DNA of 64,000 nucleotides from Tricharina praecox (Eukaryota): NCBI RefSeq assembly GCF_024521635.1, contig NW_026250414.1, positions 806,001 to 870,000 of the forward strand, read 5' to 3'. Shown piece by piece: positions 63,593 to 64,000 of this stretch (position 1 is its first letter; each line of letters starts with the position of its first letter). The notes under the pieces were generated by a model. It saw only the letters and a program-made list of their open reading frames with translations, ran no database searches and was not told where the DNA came from. The position numbers and the translations under genes were made by a program.

Positions 63593-64000
63593 GATGCCAC
63601 GGTTGTAAATGGTGATGTCTGGATACAGCGCACATAACCGAGTGATATATTATGCATTCGTTCCAGTGCTATGTAGGAGTACTATTTGACTTAAGTATAT
63701 TGTTTGAGTGAAATAACTACTACATCCTATATACTTGTCAAACTCTCGGGTATTGCTTAAATATGTAGAGTAGAACGAGATGTTGTGTTGTGTGGTCGTC
63801 TCACTTTCGCACTTTTACGATCAGTCACCGGACAGGGCAGGCCGTGGGGCATCTATAGTAGCCACACCATCAGCCTCATTCAGCCACCTCCGCCACAAGC
63901 AGCCTTCACTAGCAGCTTTCACCAGCCACAATTGGAAATATTTACCGTATGTACCGAATTTTGTTTTACGATCACGTTACGCGATAATACGTGACAACAC

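Overview
Eukaryotic DNA from a filamentous ascomycete (inferred from short GT-AG introns with CTAAC/CTGAC branch sites and fungal gene families). The left ~38.6 kb is gene-dense and mostly housekeeping: LEO1, a paxillin-like LIM protein, an APC amino-acid permease, two intron-containing tRNA-Met(CAU) genes, a glutaredoxin-like protein, a HAD hydrolase, an F-box protein, a GPI-type protein, MOB2, LSM8, verprolin, EF-1beta with an intronic U18/snR18 snoRNA, and EMC5. It also holds an intact but apparently catalytically dead Harbinger-derived gene and a HeLo/SesA-like+ankyrin gene lacking a NOD. The right ~25 kb is gene-poor and looks accessory. It contains an ~8 kb multi-exon TRANK1-like SF1 helicase-TPR gene and two paralogous C2H2 genes, one frameshifted between its fingers. 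Manual splicing of the helicase gene gives a candidate RelE/ParE-like domain before the helicase and a canonical CCCH zinc finger after the TPRs; this is the best candidate for an undescribed immune-type system. All family assignments come from motif recognition by eye; no database searches were run.
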